The position numbers and the translations under genes were made by a program. Below, in pieces: positions 45,773-55,208 of a stretch of DNA of 64,000 bases. The stretch covers positions 93,950-157,949 of the forward strand of contig JAGWIG010000002.1 of the NCBI GenBank assembly GCA_028873515.1, written 5' to 3'. Numbering within the stretch: position 1 is the first letter of the stretch; the number at the start of each line of letters is the position of its first letter. Under the pieces are notes generated by a model. The model was not told where the DNA came from, ran no database searches, and was given only the letters and a program-made list of their open reading frames with translations. The DNA comes from Pseudomonadota bacterium (GTDB taxonomy: Bacteria; Pseudomonadota; Gammaproteobacteria; Burkholderiales; REEB80).

Positions 45773-46399
45773 TCAATGCAAACCTGCAATGTACTGTGAA
45801 ACTGCCTGCATTTGAGCGTCCGTCATCCGTGATGCGATATCACGCATCATTTTATTTGGATCATTTGCCCGTTCACCAGTACTGAAGGCCTTGAGCTGTG
45901 AAACGATGTATTCTGCATGTTGTTCGCCTATCCGCGGAAATTCAGTCGGGATACCCTCTCCAGTAGGGCCATGGCAAGCCATACAGGCTGGCACACCAGT
46001 TCCCTTGTCTCCAGCCCTATAAATTTGCTCTCCCTGAGCAACAAGAACAGGGTCTTTGCCGGTTCCGGGTTTAATGGACTGGCTGGAAAAATAATCAGCC
46101 AATGCATGCATGTCCGCATCACTTAAAGTAGAAGCAATTCCATTCATAATCGGACTTTTACGCCGGCCAGACTTGAAATCAGTCAATTGGTGATAGATAT
46201 ACGCTGCATGCTGTCCAGCAAGTTTAGGGTACATTCCACTTGTACTGTTGCCATCTGCGCCATGGCATGCAGCACATACCTGAGTCACAATCTGCCCAGC
46301 CCGGGCCGAAGGATCCCCGGCAGATGACGCATCCGCCAAAACCACACGTGAAAAGACCATTAATCCGGTCAATACCATCATTGCCCCAAACTGTCGCAT
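45773..46399 (-). CDS. Diheme cytochrome c4
   Basis: 208 aa with a signal peptide and two CXXCH heme sites (CAACHG, CMACHG), each followed by a distal Met region. It lies upstream of resB-ccsA. Confidence 0.85.
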   Translation of the reverse strand: MRQFGAMMVLTGLMVFSRVVLADASSAGDPSARAGQIVTQVCAACHGADGNSTSGMYPKLAGQHAAYIYHQLTDFKSGRRKSPIMNGIASTLSDADMHALADYFSSQSIKPGTGKDPVLVAQGEQIYRAGDKGTGVPACMACHGPTGEGIPTEFPRIGEQHAEYIVSQLKAFSTGERANDPNKMMRDIASRMTDAQMQAVSQYIAGLH

Positions 46400-46496
46400 G
46401 CAACTGCTCCTTATGTTTTAGCCTGCCCATTGACCAAAAGCGACATTTTACATCAATTCTAGGCTATGATACCAGATTGAATAGTTATTCTGAGTT

Positions 46497-47162
46497 ATGC
46501 TAAACAATCTTAAATTTATAACCTCCGCGAACAGCCTTTCTGACTTACCAAAAGAAGGTCGTTCAGAAATCGCATTTGCAGGCCGTTCCAATGCGGGAAA
46601 ATCTAGCGCAATAAACACGCTTACGAATCAAAATCGACTCGCATTCGTAAGCAAGACCCCCGGTCGGACACAGCTTATCAACTATTTTTCTCTTGGAGCA
46701 CATTACATAGTAGATCTGCCAGGGTATGGATATGCCAAAGTACCTGAAAAAATCAGGCTGCATTGGCAGGATATCCTTGCAGCATACCTTCAATCGCGTG
46801 AAGTTCTTAAAGGCTTAATCCTTATAATGGATGCGAGGCATCCACTTACCCCCCTTGACTGTCAGATGCTTGAATGGTTCGCTCCTACAGGAAAACCTGT
46901 TCATATCCTACTTAGCAAAGCAGACAAACTTTCCAAGGGGCAGGCAGCTTCGGTATTAAATCAAGTCAAATCTGTTTTAACAAATAATTATCCATCAACA
47001 AGTGTCCAGCTCTTTTCAAGCCCGAAAAAACAAGGTGTAGAAGAGGCATGTAAAATTATACTGAAATGGCTGGATGAACCCTTTTCAATTGAAAAAGAAG
47101 CCCCCGGTAAAGGGGAGGAAGGCCGGGGGCATATGCCTTATAAGGTTAAGGCACCCGCATAG
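46497..47162 (+). CDS. engB: Ribosome biogenesis GTP-binding protein EngB/YihA/YsxC
   Basis: 221 aa. G1 [17 protein letters not shown] and the LSKADK (NKxD-type) motif are present. The last 23 codons lie inside the repeat element described below. Confidence 0.9.
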   Translation: MLNNLKFITSANSLSDLPKEGRSEIAFAGRSNAGKSSAINTLTNQNRLAFVSKTPGRTQLINYFSLGAHYIVDLPGYGYAKVPEKIRLHWQDILAAYLQSREVLKGLILIMDARHPLTPLDCQMLEWFAPTGKPVHILLSKADKLSKGQAASVLNQVKSVLTNNYPSTSVQLFSSPKKQGVEEACKIILKWLDEPFSIEKEAPGKGEEGRGHMPYKVKAPA

Positions 47163-47225
47163 GGATAGAGCGGGTTGATGATGTATCCATCACCTAGCCA
47201 TAGGACAAAGGAAAAAATAATTAGT
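47091..47225 (-). ncRNA. Candidate sRNA, copy A (promoter-distal)
   Basis: Minus strand: TATAAT (47231-47236) precedes GGGAACU... Stem-loops are GGUGAUG-GAUA-CAUCAUC, ACCCGC-UCUAUCCCUAU-GCGGGU and GCCUUA-ACCUUA-UAAGGC. The terminator is CCCCCGG-CCUUCCUCCCCUUUA-CCGGGGG followed by CUUCUUUUUC. Confidence 0.5.
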
Positions 47226-47235
47226 TCCCTATTAT

Positions 47236-47375
47236 AAAAAAAACCCCCGGGTTAAAAGGGGAAGAAAACCCGGGGGTACAACGCCTTAACGGGTGTTAAG
47301 GCCCCGCTCAGGGAGGTAAGCAGGAGATGGCCTTTCGCCACCTGCTAGATAAGACCAGCTTCAGATGATAAAGTT
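47236..47375 (-). ncRNA. Candidate sRNA, copy B (promoter-proximal to hemB side)
   Basis: Minus strand: TAATAT (47381-47386) precedes GGGAACU... Stem-loops are GGUGGC-GAAAG-GCCAUC, CCUGCU-UACCUCCCUG-AGCGGG and GCCUUAAC-ACCC-GUUAAGGC. The terminator is ACCCCCGGG-UUUUCUUCCCCUUUUAA-CCCGGGGGU followed by U8. Confidence 0.5.
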
Positions 47376-47402
47376 CCCGAATATTAAAAAATTTTAGGAT
47401 TC

Positions 47403-48404
47403 ATGATGACCTTTGATGCCACCTTTCCTTCCCGACGCATGCGTCGAATGCGTCGAGACAACTTCAGCAGAATCCTCATGCAGGAACATGCTCTTCTACC
47501 TGGAGATTTAATCTATCCAGTTTTTGTCATGGACGGGAAAACCAAAGCATCGGCCATATCAAGCATGCCGGGCATCAACAGGTTAAACATTGATGGTTTA
47601 CTGAATATGGCTGAAACTGCAGTAAATCTTAGCATTCCTGCACTTGCCCTGTTTCCTTTCATTGACCCCACCCTAAAAACTGAAGATGCATCGGAAGCAT
47701 GGAATCCTGACGGACTCATACCCAAAATAGTACGTAAACTCAAATCGTCTTTTCCCGATCTTGGCATTATTACCGATGTAGCCCTCGATCCATATACTAC
47801 ACACGGACAGGATGGGCTTATTGATGCTTTTGGTCACATCGATAACGAATCAACTGTAGAAGCACTAATCAGGCAAGCGCTGGTCCAAGCCCAGAATGGC
47901 TCCGACATGGTCGCACCTTCAGATATGATGGATGGCCGCATTGGTGCTATACGGCTTGCTCTGGACACAGAAAAACACTATCAGACTCGTATTCTTGCCT
48001 ATTCTGCAAAATATGCATCGGCATTTTATGGCCCATTTCGTGAAGCGATCGGTTCCGCCACATCTCTCCGGGGTAATAAAAAAACTTATCAGATGGATCC
48101 TGCCAATGGCAATGAAGCACTATGGGAAGCGGGCCTTGATGTGCATGAAGGTGCAGATATGTTGATGATAAAACCTGGTATGCCCTATCTCGATATTCTC
48201 TGGAGAATAAAACAGAATTTCCTCATGCCCACCGCTATATATCAGGTCAGCGGGGAATATGCCATGATCAAAGCTGCAGCAGAGCGCGGCATGATATCAG
48301 AAAAAGAATGCGTTATGGAAGTCTTAACGGGATTTAAACGTGCTGGAGCCGATGCCATCCTGACCTATTATGCACTGGATGCAGCACGCTGGCTTAAAAG
48401 CTAG
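47403..48404 (+). CDS. hemB: Porphobilinogen synthase (delta-aminolevulinate dehydratase)
   Basis: 333 aa with the RRMRRMRR N-terminal pattern. The Asp-rich DVALDPYTTHGQDG site stands in place of a Cys-rich Zn site. The catalytic-Lys regions (SAKYASAFYGPFR, MIKPG) are present. Confidence 0.95.
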   Translation: MMTFDATFPSRRMRRMRRDNFSRILMQEHALLPGDLIYPVFVMDGKTKASAISSMPGINRLNIDGLLNMAETAVNLSIPALALFPFIDPTLKTEDASEAWNPDGLIPKIVRKLKSSFPDLGIITDVALDPYTTHGQDGLIDAFGHIDNESTVEALIRQALVQAQNGSDMVAPSDMMDGRIGAIRLALDTEKHYQTRILAYSAKYASAFYGPFREAIGSATSLRGNKKTYQMDPANGNEALWEAGLDVHEGADMLMIKPGMPYLDILWRIKQNFLMPTAIYQVSGEYAMIKAAAERGMISEKECVMEVLTGFKRAGADAILTYYALDAARWLKS

Positions 48405-49150
48405 CTCCGTTTCCTTGCAAGCTGTTCACGTTCTACATCCAATATATATCGTTGTATTCTAATTTGCATATCGGGCTCAATATTAACAAACATACACCCA
48501 TATCGAAAATCAGGATTTCCATTTCTAACTCCCGAATCCATCACATGCCGGATTTTTAAACCCGTTTCAATCGTGCCTTCATCTGGTAAATGTATGCGGC
48601 ACTGATTGAATGTTTCATTTAAGGACAGCTTGAGCCCGTCTTTTGGAGACATGCAAATTCCACCTGCACTGATATCAAATATGCTGAGCTCTACTGCCTC
48701 ACCATTCGAAACAAAGAGCTCACCATCCAATGGGCGGGTTATCGGTGTGGCAACCCGATAATATTCTCGTCTTTGAAGTTTTATTAATGAGCCAGGCAAG
48801 GGGATGCTCAATGCGGGCAGGGACTTATCTGTTATCGCAACAACCTTGTCCGCTGCAAACTGAATCTTGACACGATCATGCGCTGTAACAAAAATTACCC
48901 GCCCGGCTTCTGTTATCCTGAGGTTGGTTCGATTACTTCCTCCATAATCGAGAAAAACTTCTTTGCGCTGATGATGAATACGAATAATTGAAGTCAACAG
49001 AAAATCGGCGCCATGATTAAAATACGCGGTAACCCATTGTCTTTTCTCGGCAATAGAATGTAATAAAGTCCTGATTTCTAGCTGAGACGTTACCAGATAG
49101 CGGCCTGAGTCATTGTCACTGATCAGTGCCTGTTTGTTTTCTTCAGCCAT
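48401..49150 (-). CDS. PilZ-domain c-di-GMP receptor, YcgR-like two-domain architecture
   Basis: 249 aa. The C-terminal PilZ motifs RREYYR (RxxxR) and DISAGG (D/NxSxxG) are present, preceded by an N-terminal YcgR_N/PilZN-like domain of about 110 aa. Its stop overlaps the hemB stop within CTAG. Confidence 0.8.
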   Translation of the reverse strand: MAEENKQALISDNDSGRYLVTSQLEIRTLLHSIAEKRQWVTAYFNHGADFLLTSIIRIHHQRKEVFLDYGGSNRTNLRITEAGRVIFVTAHDRVKIQFAADKVVAITDKSLPALSIPLPGSLIKLQRREYYRVATPITRPLDGELFVSNGEAVELSIFDISAGGICMSPKDGLKLSLNETFNQCRIHLPDEGTIETGLKIRHVMDSGVRNGNPDFRYGCMFVNIEPDMQIRIQRYILDVEREQLARKRS

Positions 49151-49417
49151 GCTTGCGTCCAGGGATAGGTAATCAGCCTACGCCCAGTCTCCCCATAGGT
49201 ATCCACCAGTTAATACGGGACTGCTCCCATCATTAATATCTGATCCGGATTTATGCGTCATTTTCAAAATTTCTCGATAAAAGCCAGAACATTAAATTAA
49301 AATATCTGCAGCTGCTCTAGTTGTACGTCAACTTGTTCAAACCTTGAATCCTAATACTTTTTATTATCATACAGGCTAAATCTTTTGCAACAATCACCAA
49401 ACTAACAAAACGGATTT

Positions 49418-50017
49418 TTAATCCAAAAGCCTTTTAACTTCATCAAGAGATGCACGTTCAATTACCGTCCCATCAGCACGTGTTTTTGGCAAACTTCTCC
49501 AGTCATCATTTTCATAAACAGACAATTCTATGGTTACATCTTCGGCATACAGCTCATATACAGGTATACTGCGTATACGTTCCCGCAACATTACCCGCTT
49601 TTCACCTGCAACATAGGGACAATTTTCATTAATCAGAAAAATTTCCACATCCTTGGCACTCTCAGCAAAAATCTCAATATTAACCTGAGCATACCGTGAT
49701 GCAAGTCCAGTTAGAACTGGGCCAACAAGACGAGGCTTGAAGATGGAAATCCACCGCATCGTCTCAAGGGCAATTGCACGAAAGTGTTTTAACCTTTCGG
49801 CCTGCTCTTCAGACTGGTAAAGTGAATGATAGGCCCGTAACGCATCTTCAACCTCACTATTATTGGGCATGATGCGATCAGGTGCGCCGATTATTTTCGC
49901 AGCCTTACGTTTTGCGACAGCAAAATCCTCGATTCCATCCTCAGCAATAAGGCGCGCGGCCTGGGCTGCAATCTCTTCGCGCAATCTTAGGCGCCCCGAA
50001 CTATCAGACTTTGCCAT
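49418..50017 (-). CDS. Conserved hypothetical protein
   Basis: 199-aa ORF with good coding look and no competing ORF. It lies 13 nt upstream of the mrcA stop. I recognise no family motifs. Confidence 0.6.
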   Translation of the reverse strand: MAKSDSSGRLRLREEIAAQAARLIAEDGIEDFAVAKRKAAKIIGAPDRIMPNNSEVEDALRAYHSLYQSEEQAERLKHFRAIALETMRWISIFKPRLVGPVLTGLASRYAQVNIEIFAESAKDVEIFLINENCPYVAGEKRVMLRERIRSIPVYELYAEDVTIELSVYENDDWRSLPKTRADGTVIERASLDEVKRLLD

Positions 50018-50030
50018 AGCTTACCCTCAT

Positions 50031-52445
50031 TTACCCATTTGGACGGGAAGATGGCCAAGGTGCCTCTGTTGCAGGGGGTGCATGAGATGTAGTGCTGGTA
50101 CCAGATCCAGACGAAGGTTGGGTTACCTCTTCAGGGGGGACAGGTCCAAGAGGTTGCATCAGTGGAACACTCTGGCCAGGTAGCACCGGCTGTTCGGGAT
50201 TCATGGCTGGAGCACCCCGTCCCGGGACATATTCCTGATAGAAAAATTCACTCATGCTGTTTACTGGACTATCGCTCAACAGTCCGGTAGTTTTGTCTAT
50301 CTGAGCAACTACAACCCCAGGTGGAACAGGCATCGGTATATCTGGAGTTCCTTTTAATACCGATCCCATGTAATGCATCCAGATTGGTAATGCAACGTTT
50401 GCACCGGTTTCTCCTCTTCCAAGAGGTTGCGGCTTGTCAAAGCCCATCCAGGCTATGGCAACGACTTTTGGATTATAACCACAGAACCAGCCATCTACCT
50501 GCTGATTTGTTGTTCCTGTTTTACCGGCAAGATCATGCCGACCCAAACTCATCGCAGCAGCAGCCGTTCCGTACTGAACTACAGATTGCATCATGCTGGT
50601 CATTATAAATGCGTTTCTCGCATCAATAACCCTTTGGGCACCTTTACCAGCCTGAACAGGATGAGATTGTGACAGTACACGCCCTGATTCATCTACAATT
50701 CGGTCAATGAAATATGGCTTGACCAGATAGCCTCCATTAGCGAAGACCGAGTATCCTTCAGCCATCTGTAGTGGCGTGACCGAAACAGCCCCAAGTGCCA
50801 TCGTTAGGTAATCTGGAATCTGTGAAGGGGAAAATCCAAAACGTGTTACATAATTTTGTGCATATTTAGTGCCAATTGCCATCAAAAGTCGAATTGCAAC
50901 TAAATTCTTTGATTTTGCCAATGCATCACGTAATCTCATTGGTCCTTCAAAATTATCCTCATAGTCCTTAGGCTGCCAAATACCGCCTGAACCATTTGGA
51001 AGAGAAAGCGGTGAATCGTTGATCACTGAAGCTGGGGTAAATCCCTTCTCCAATGCAGCTGAATAAATAAATGGCTTAAAACTCGAGCCAGGTTGCCGCC
51101 AAGCCTGAATGACATGATTAAACTTGTTGGCACTGTAATCAAAACCCCCATCAAGTGCCAGTATGGCTCCAGTTTTAGGATCAACCGATACGAAGGCTGC
51201 TTCTACAAGTGGTAACTGGGAAATCTGCCAGAATTTACCTAGCCGTTCAACCCGTATAATCGAACCCGGAACAATTCGATGATTACTCGAAACCTTCAAT
51301 GAAGAACTGGCAAATGATAATCCGGCTCCTTTTATCCAGATTTTTCGCCCGCCTTGAAGATAGGCCTCCACTCTCTTTGCTGATGCTGAAAGGACCACAG
51401 CAGGCTCCAGCCCCTGAATTGCATATAGCCCGGAAAGCCGATCTTCCATGACGACTGGGTCAAGCGAACTGACTTTACCTTCCGGGCCACGATAACCATG
51501 CCGATGATCATACGCCATAACCTCATCATGAAGGCCTACATCCGCAGCAGCCTGATCGGCCCGGCGCAGGGTGGTGTATACTTTCATGCCACTTGTATAG
51601 ATACTCGGCCCATATTTGCTGTACATTGCCTCACGCACCATCTCGGCAACATAATTAGCCCTAACATCAAAAAAATGTGCATGACGAACTATAATTGGAG
51701 TTTTAAGTGCCACTTCATACTGAGTATTTGTAATATATTTCAGGGCAAGCATCCTGCCAAGCACATAATGCTGCCGTTCTCGGCAGCGAGACAGGCTGGC
51801 GATAGGATTAAAACTGGAAGGTGCTTTAGGCAAACCGGCAAGAACAGCCATTTCTGCCAGGTTGAGCTGCTTAAGATGTTTACCAAAATATGTTTCAGAG
51901 GCTGCTTCAAAACCATAAGCCCTCTGCCCAAGGTAAATTTGGTTTATATACAGCTCTAAAATCTGATCCTTGGTAAAATTATGCTCTATTTTCCAGGCCA
52001 GCAATACTTCACTAATCTTTCGAGAAAACGTTTTTTCGTTACTCAGGAAAAAATTCCGTGCAACTTGCATGGTAATTGTAGAAGCACCCTCAACTTTGCC
52101 ACCATTTACCAAATCGGCTAATGCTGCCCGCACAACACCTATGTAATCAACCCCGTGATGCTTATAAAAGCGATCGTCTTCAGCAGAAATTATCGCCTCT
52201 TTCATTAATTTCGGAACTTGGTCAATTTTAACCAAGGCACGATTCTCAACTCCAAATTCCCCAATAAGGGCTCCATCCTCTGTATAGACTCTCAATGGTA
52301 CCTTAGGATGGTAATGCCGCATGGTTTCTAAAGAAGGGAGTCGTGGATAAACCAGAGTAGCCGCAAGCCCCAAAGGTATAACTGCAATAACAACAAGCAC
52401 AACAGCTGTAAACAAGGGTATGCTTACCCATCTGGATAACTTCAT
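50031..52445 (-). CDS. mrcA: Penicillin-binding protein 1A (bifunctional transglycosylase/transpeptidase)
   Basis: GT51 motif EDDRFYKHHGVD. Transpeptidase motifs SSFKP (SxxK) and KTGTT. Pro-rich C-terminal tail. Trimmed from 52472 to ATG 52445 (MKLSRWVS...), with GGAG 5 nt upstream. Divergent from pilM, as in many beta/gamma-proteobacteria. Confidence 0.92.
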   Translation of the reverse strand: MKLSRWVSIPLFTAVVLVVIAVIPLGLAATLVYPRLPSLETMRHYHPKVPLRVYTEDGALIGEFGVENRALVKIDQVPKLMKEAIISAEDDRFYKHHGVDYIGVVRAALADLVNGGKVEGASTITMQVARNFFLSNEKTFSRKISEVLLAWKIEHNFTKDQILELYINQIYLGQRAYGFEAASETYFGKHLKQLNLAEMAVLAGLPKAPSSFNPIASLSRCRERQHYVLGRMLALKYITNTQYEVALKTPIIVRHAHFFDVRANYVAEMVREAMYSKYGPSIYTSGMKVYTTLRRADQAAADVGLHDEVMAYDHRHGYRGPEGKVSSLDPVVMEDRLSGLYAIQGLEPAVVLSASAKRVEAYLQGGRKIWIKGAGLSFASSSLKVSSNHRIVPGSIIRVERLGKFWQISQLPLVEAAFVSVDPKTGAILALDGGFDYSANKFNHVIQAWRQPGSSFKPFIYSAALEKGFTPASVINDSPLSLPNGSGGIWQPKDYEDNFEGPMRLRDALAKSKNLVAIRLLMAIGTKYAQNYVTRFGFSPSQIPDYLTMALGAVSVTPLQMAEGYSVFANGGYLVKPYFIDRIVDESGRVLSQSHPVQAGKGAQRVIDARNAFIMTSMMQSVVQYGTAAAAMSLGRHDLAGKTGTTNQQVDGWFCGYNPKVVAIAWMGFDKPQPLGRGETGANVALPIWMHYMGSVLKGTPDIPMPVPPGVVVAQIDKTTGLLSDSPVNSMSEFFYQEYVPGRGAPAMNPEQPVLPGQSVPLMQPLGPVPPEEVTQPSSGSGTSTTSHAPPATEAPWPSSRPNG

Positions 52446-52936
52446 AACAACTCCGCGAAGCACAGGAACCACCCCACAAAGAGGGTGCAGCCAACACTTT
52501 TATCAGATATACAGAGCGGTATCAATGATACGCCTGCAATAGACTGGCCGAAAGCTCACAATTTGACCTATAAACCTTGCCGCTAATTTCAAATCTGGGT
52601 GAGAACAATCAACCATTACTAGCAATTTTCAAAATTTACCTATTATAACGACCAAAATGGCTAGCGCCCATAAATTAGCGACAAAATCAGCAACCCCTTG
52701 AACAATTACAAATTGATCCGGTCTTAATGTTGCTTTTATGCCTATTTAATATCCTTTTGCAAACGTCCACGCAACAAACCATTGCATCTACAAACTTTCT
52801 GGATACAATGGTAACCAAATTGGAATGGAAATTCGCCTAATATAAGGCGCAATCCTACACAAAATAATTTTAAGGATCAGCAATTAAATTCCGATCTAGC
52901 AGCAGGACGCTCATATCGCGTTAAAAAGGGGGGAGC

Positions 52937-54010
52937 TTGAAGCTGCCGTTTTCAAACAAATCAATCCCTGGACTTATCGGGATAGACATCAGTTCCTCTG
53001 CAGTCAAAATGATTGAATTGGATCAGGATGAGTCACATCGCTATAAAATTGCACATTATGCCATTGAATCCTTGCCAAGGGATGCAGTAGTAGATGGAAA
53101 CATCATTCAATTAGACATAGTAATTGATGCAGTTCGTCGAGGACTTCGAAGGATCGGAAGCCGAACCAAGCTGGCCGCATTGGCCATGCCATCTGCAGCA
53201 GTCATCACAAAAAAAATTCTTGCCCCTGCTGAATTAGGCGAAGATGATCTGGAAATCCAGGTCGAAACCGAAGCTACCCAATACATTCCTTTCCCCCTTG
53301 ATGAAATCAATCTAGATTTTCAAATAATCGGCCCTTCAGCAGGAAATCCAGATGAACTGGAGATACTGATTGCAGCTTCTCGTAAAGAAAAAATAGAAGA
53401 CCGCGTTGCCATAGCTGAAGGAGCTGGGATACGACCGACCATAATGGATGTTGAACAATATGCTCTTCAAGCATCCTGTTCTGAAATCCGTAAAGCGTGG
53501 TCTAAGGAGGTAACCGCAGAAACAATCGCTCTTGTTGATATTGGTGCGACCCTAAGTCACCTTATCGTGCTCCATAAAGATGAGATTGTGTATACCCGTG
53601 AACAAGCCTTTGGGGGCGATCTGCTAACACAAGAAATTGCTTCGAGATATGAAATGTCTCTAGAAGAAGCGGAACTTGCAAAAAAACACAATGATCTACC
53701 ATCGGACTATGACATTGAAATTTTTGAGCCATTCCGAGAAACACTTGTTCAGGAGATTTTACGACTTTTGCAGTTTTTTTATTCCTCAACTCACTTTAAC
53801 AAAGTTGACCATATTATTCTGGCCGGGGGTGGCTGTTTGCTGCAGGATTTGTCGAAAAAGGTCATGGAGGCTACTGGAGTCATAACAGAGCTTGCCAATC
53901 CTTTTACTTTGATGACTACTGGCCCAAAAATAAAAGCATCTCAATTTCAACAGGACGCGCCCATGCTACTCGTTGCCTGTGGTCTTGCCCTCAGGAAATT
54001 CCATCCATGA
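52937..54010 (+). CDS. pilM: Type IV pilus assembly protein PilM
   Basis: 357 aa actin-like ATPase fold (GIDISSSAVKMIEL) and first gene of pilMNOPQ. TTG start with GGGGGAG upstream. Confidence 0.9.
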   Translation: MKLPFSNKSIPGLIGIDISSSAVKMIELDQDESHRYKIAHYAIESLPRDAVVDGNIIQLDIVIDAVRRGLRRIGSRTKLAALAMPSAAVITKKILAPAELGEDDLEIQVETEATQYIPFPLDEINLDFQIIGPSAGNPDELEILIAASRKEKIEDRVAIAEGAGIRPTIMDVEQYALQASCSEIRKAWSKEVTAETIALVDIGATLSHLIVLHKDEIVYTREQAFGGDLLTQEIASRYEMSLEEAELAKKHNDLPSDYDIEIFEPFRETLVQEILRLLQFFYSSTHFNKVDHIILAGGGCLLQDLSKKVMEATGVITELANPFTLMTTGPKIKASQFQQDAPMLLVACGLALRKFHP

Positions 54011-54579
54011 TGCGAATCAACCTGTTACCGCACAGAGAGCTAAAACGGGCTGCACGTCGGAGGCAATTTAGCCTTATCACTGCTGCAACTGCAGGTGCTG
54101 CTGTAATCTTGATTGCCCTAATACACGTTTGGCTTGTCAGCCGTCTACACACCCAGGTAGAAAGAAATAATTATCTCGAACAGATCAACAATCAACTCGA
54201 TCAACAAATAGCACAAATCCAGAAATTAAAAATCGAGCGGACAAAAGTACTGGCAAGAAAAAAAATTATTGAGGCTCTAGAAGAAAAACGCTCTAGAGTC
54301 GTTCATATGCTGGATGAGATACCTCGTCTGATACCTGATGGCGTTTATCTGACCTCACTCAAACAGGTCAATACCACGATTACGCTTAACGGGATGGCTC
54401 CTAGCAATTCAAAAGTTGCTGATTTTATGCATAGTATTGAAAAATCATCTTTTTTTAGCACGCCAACTCTTATCCAGACACAACTGGTAACTGGCAATGG
54501 GCCTCGCCTCATAGCCTTTTCATTAAGCGTCAAAATGTATTCTAGCCAATTTCACAATTCGACCGGGGTTTCCCAATGA
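54007..54579 (+). CDS. pilN: Type IV pilus assembly protein PilN
   Basis: 190 aa. N-terminal MMRINLLPHRE (the INLLP motif), a single TM segment and a coiled coil. It overlaps pilM by 4 nt. Confidence 0.87.
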   Translation: MMRINLLPHRELKRAARRRQFSLITAATAGAAVILIALIHVWLVSRLHTQVERNNYLEQINNQLDQQIAQIQKLKIERTKVLARKKIIEALEEKRSRVVHMLDEIPRLIPDGVYLTSLKQVNTTITLNGMAPSNSKVADFMHSIEKSSFFSTPTLIQTQLVTGNGPRLIAFSLSVKMYSSQFHNSTGVSQ

Positions 54580-55208
54580 CTTTAAGCGAACTTAGGGAAC
54601 TTAATCTGAGGGATATCTACCGCTGGTCACAAACTGCTAAAACTCTAACCCTCGCTTTTCTGTTTATGGTCCTGCTTGGTGCTGCATACTGGTTTGACTT
54701 CAGCAACCAGCTAAAAGAACTATCTACTGCCAAAAATCAGGAAAACCAGCTCCGCCAAATTTTCCTTATAAAAAAACGCGAAGCTGTTAATCTTCCGGCC
54801 TATAGGCAGCAATTAACAGATCTCAAACGTACTTTAAGTACTTTTCTCAAGCAATTACCCAATCGCGGCCAAATGGATGAACTCCTTCGGGCCATCAATC
54901 AGGCCGGTGTCAGCGAAAACCTTGCTTTTGATCTGTTCCGCCCCGGCAAGGAAATCCTGAATAACTTTTATGCAGAATTACCCATAACCATAAAAGTCGA
55001 AGGCCATTACCATGAAATGGGAGCCTTTGCTAGTGCAGTCGCTCACCTACCTCGAATTGTTACGCTGTCCAATGCTGATATCAGCATGCAATCAAATGGA
55101 CAACTCTTGATGAATGTGACTGCCAGAACCTATCGCTATCTCGATGCCAACGAACTTGCAGCGCAAAAAAAATCTCCAGGAGCCAGGCTTAAAAAGGGGA
55201 ATGAATGA
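54576..55208 (+). CDS. pilO: Type IV pilus assembly protein PilO
   Basis: 210 aa. TM segment, coiled coil and ferredoxin-like C-terminus in the expected operon position. It overlaps pilN by 4 nt. Confidence 0.85.
   Translation: MTLSELRELNLRDIYRWSQTAKTLTLAFLFMVLLGAAYWFDFSNQLKELSTAKNQENQLRQIFLIKKREAVNLPAYRQQLTDLKRTLSTFLKQLPNRGQMDELLRAINQAGVSENLAFDLFRPGKEILNNFYAELPITIKVEGHYHEMGAFASAVAHLPRIVTLSNADISMQSNGQLLMNVTARTYRYLDANELAAQKKSPGARLKKGNE

Larger units (their letters stand above)
47085..47390 (-). repeat. Tandem duplication (period about 149 nt) of an sRNA-like unit
   Basis: Anchor strings recur 149 nt apart: AGTTCCC at 47223 and 47372, and a CCCCCGG..CCGGGGG hairpin at 47101 and 47244. Between the anchors the two copies align over their whole length, with substitutions that keep the stems paired. 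Confidence 0.75.

Noticed and set aside
47085-47390. Plus-strand reading of the tandem repeat as a CsrA/RsmA-titrating sRNA, with GGA/AGGGA motifs in hairpin loops.
   Set aside because: On the plus strand the strong GC hairpins are preceded, not followed, by the A/T runs. The -10-like boxes and hairpin-plus-U-tract terminators work only on the minus strand. The plus-strand option is not formally excluded without transcript data.
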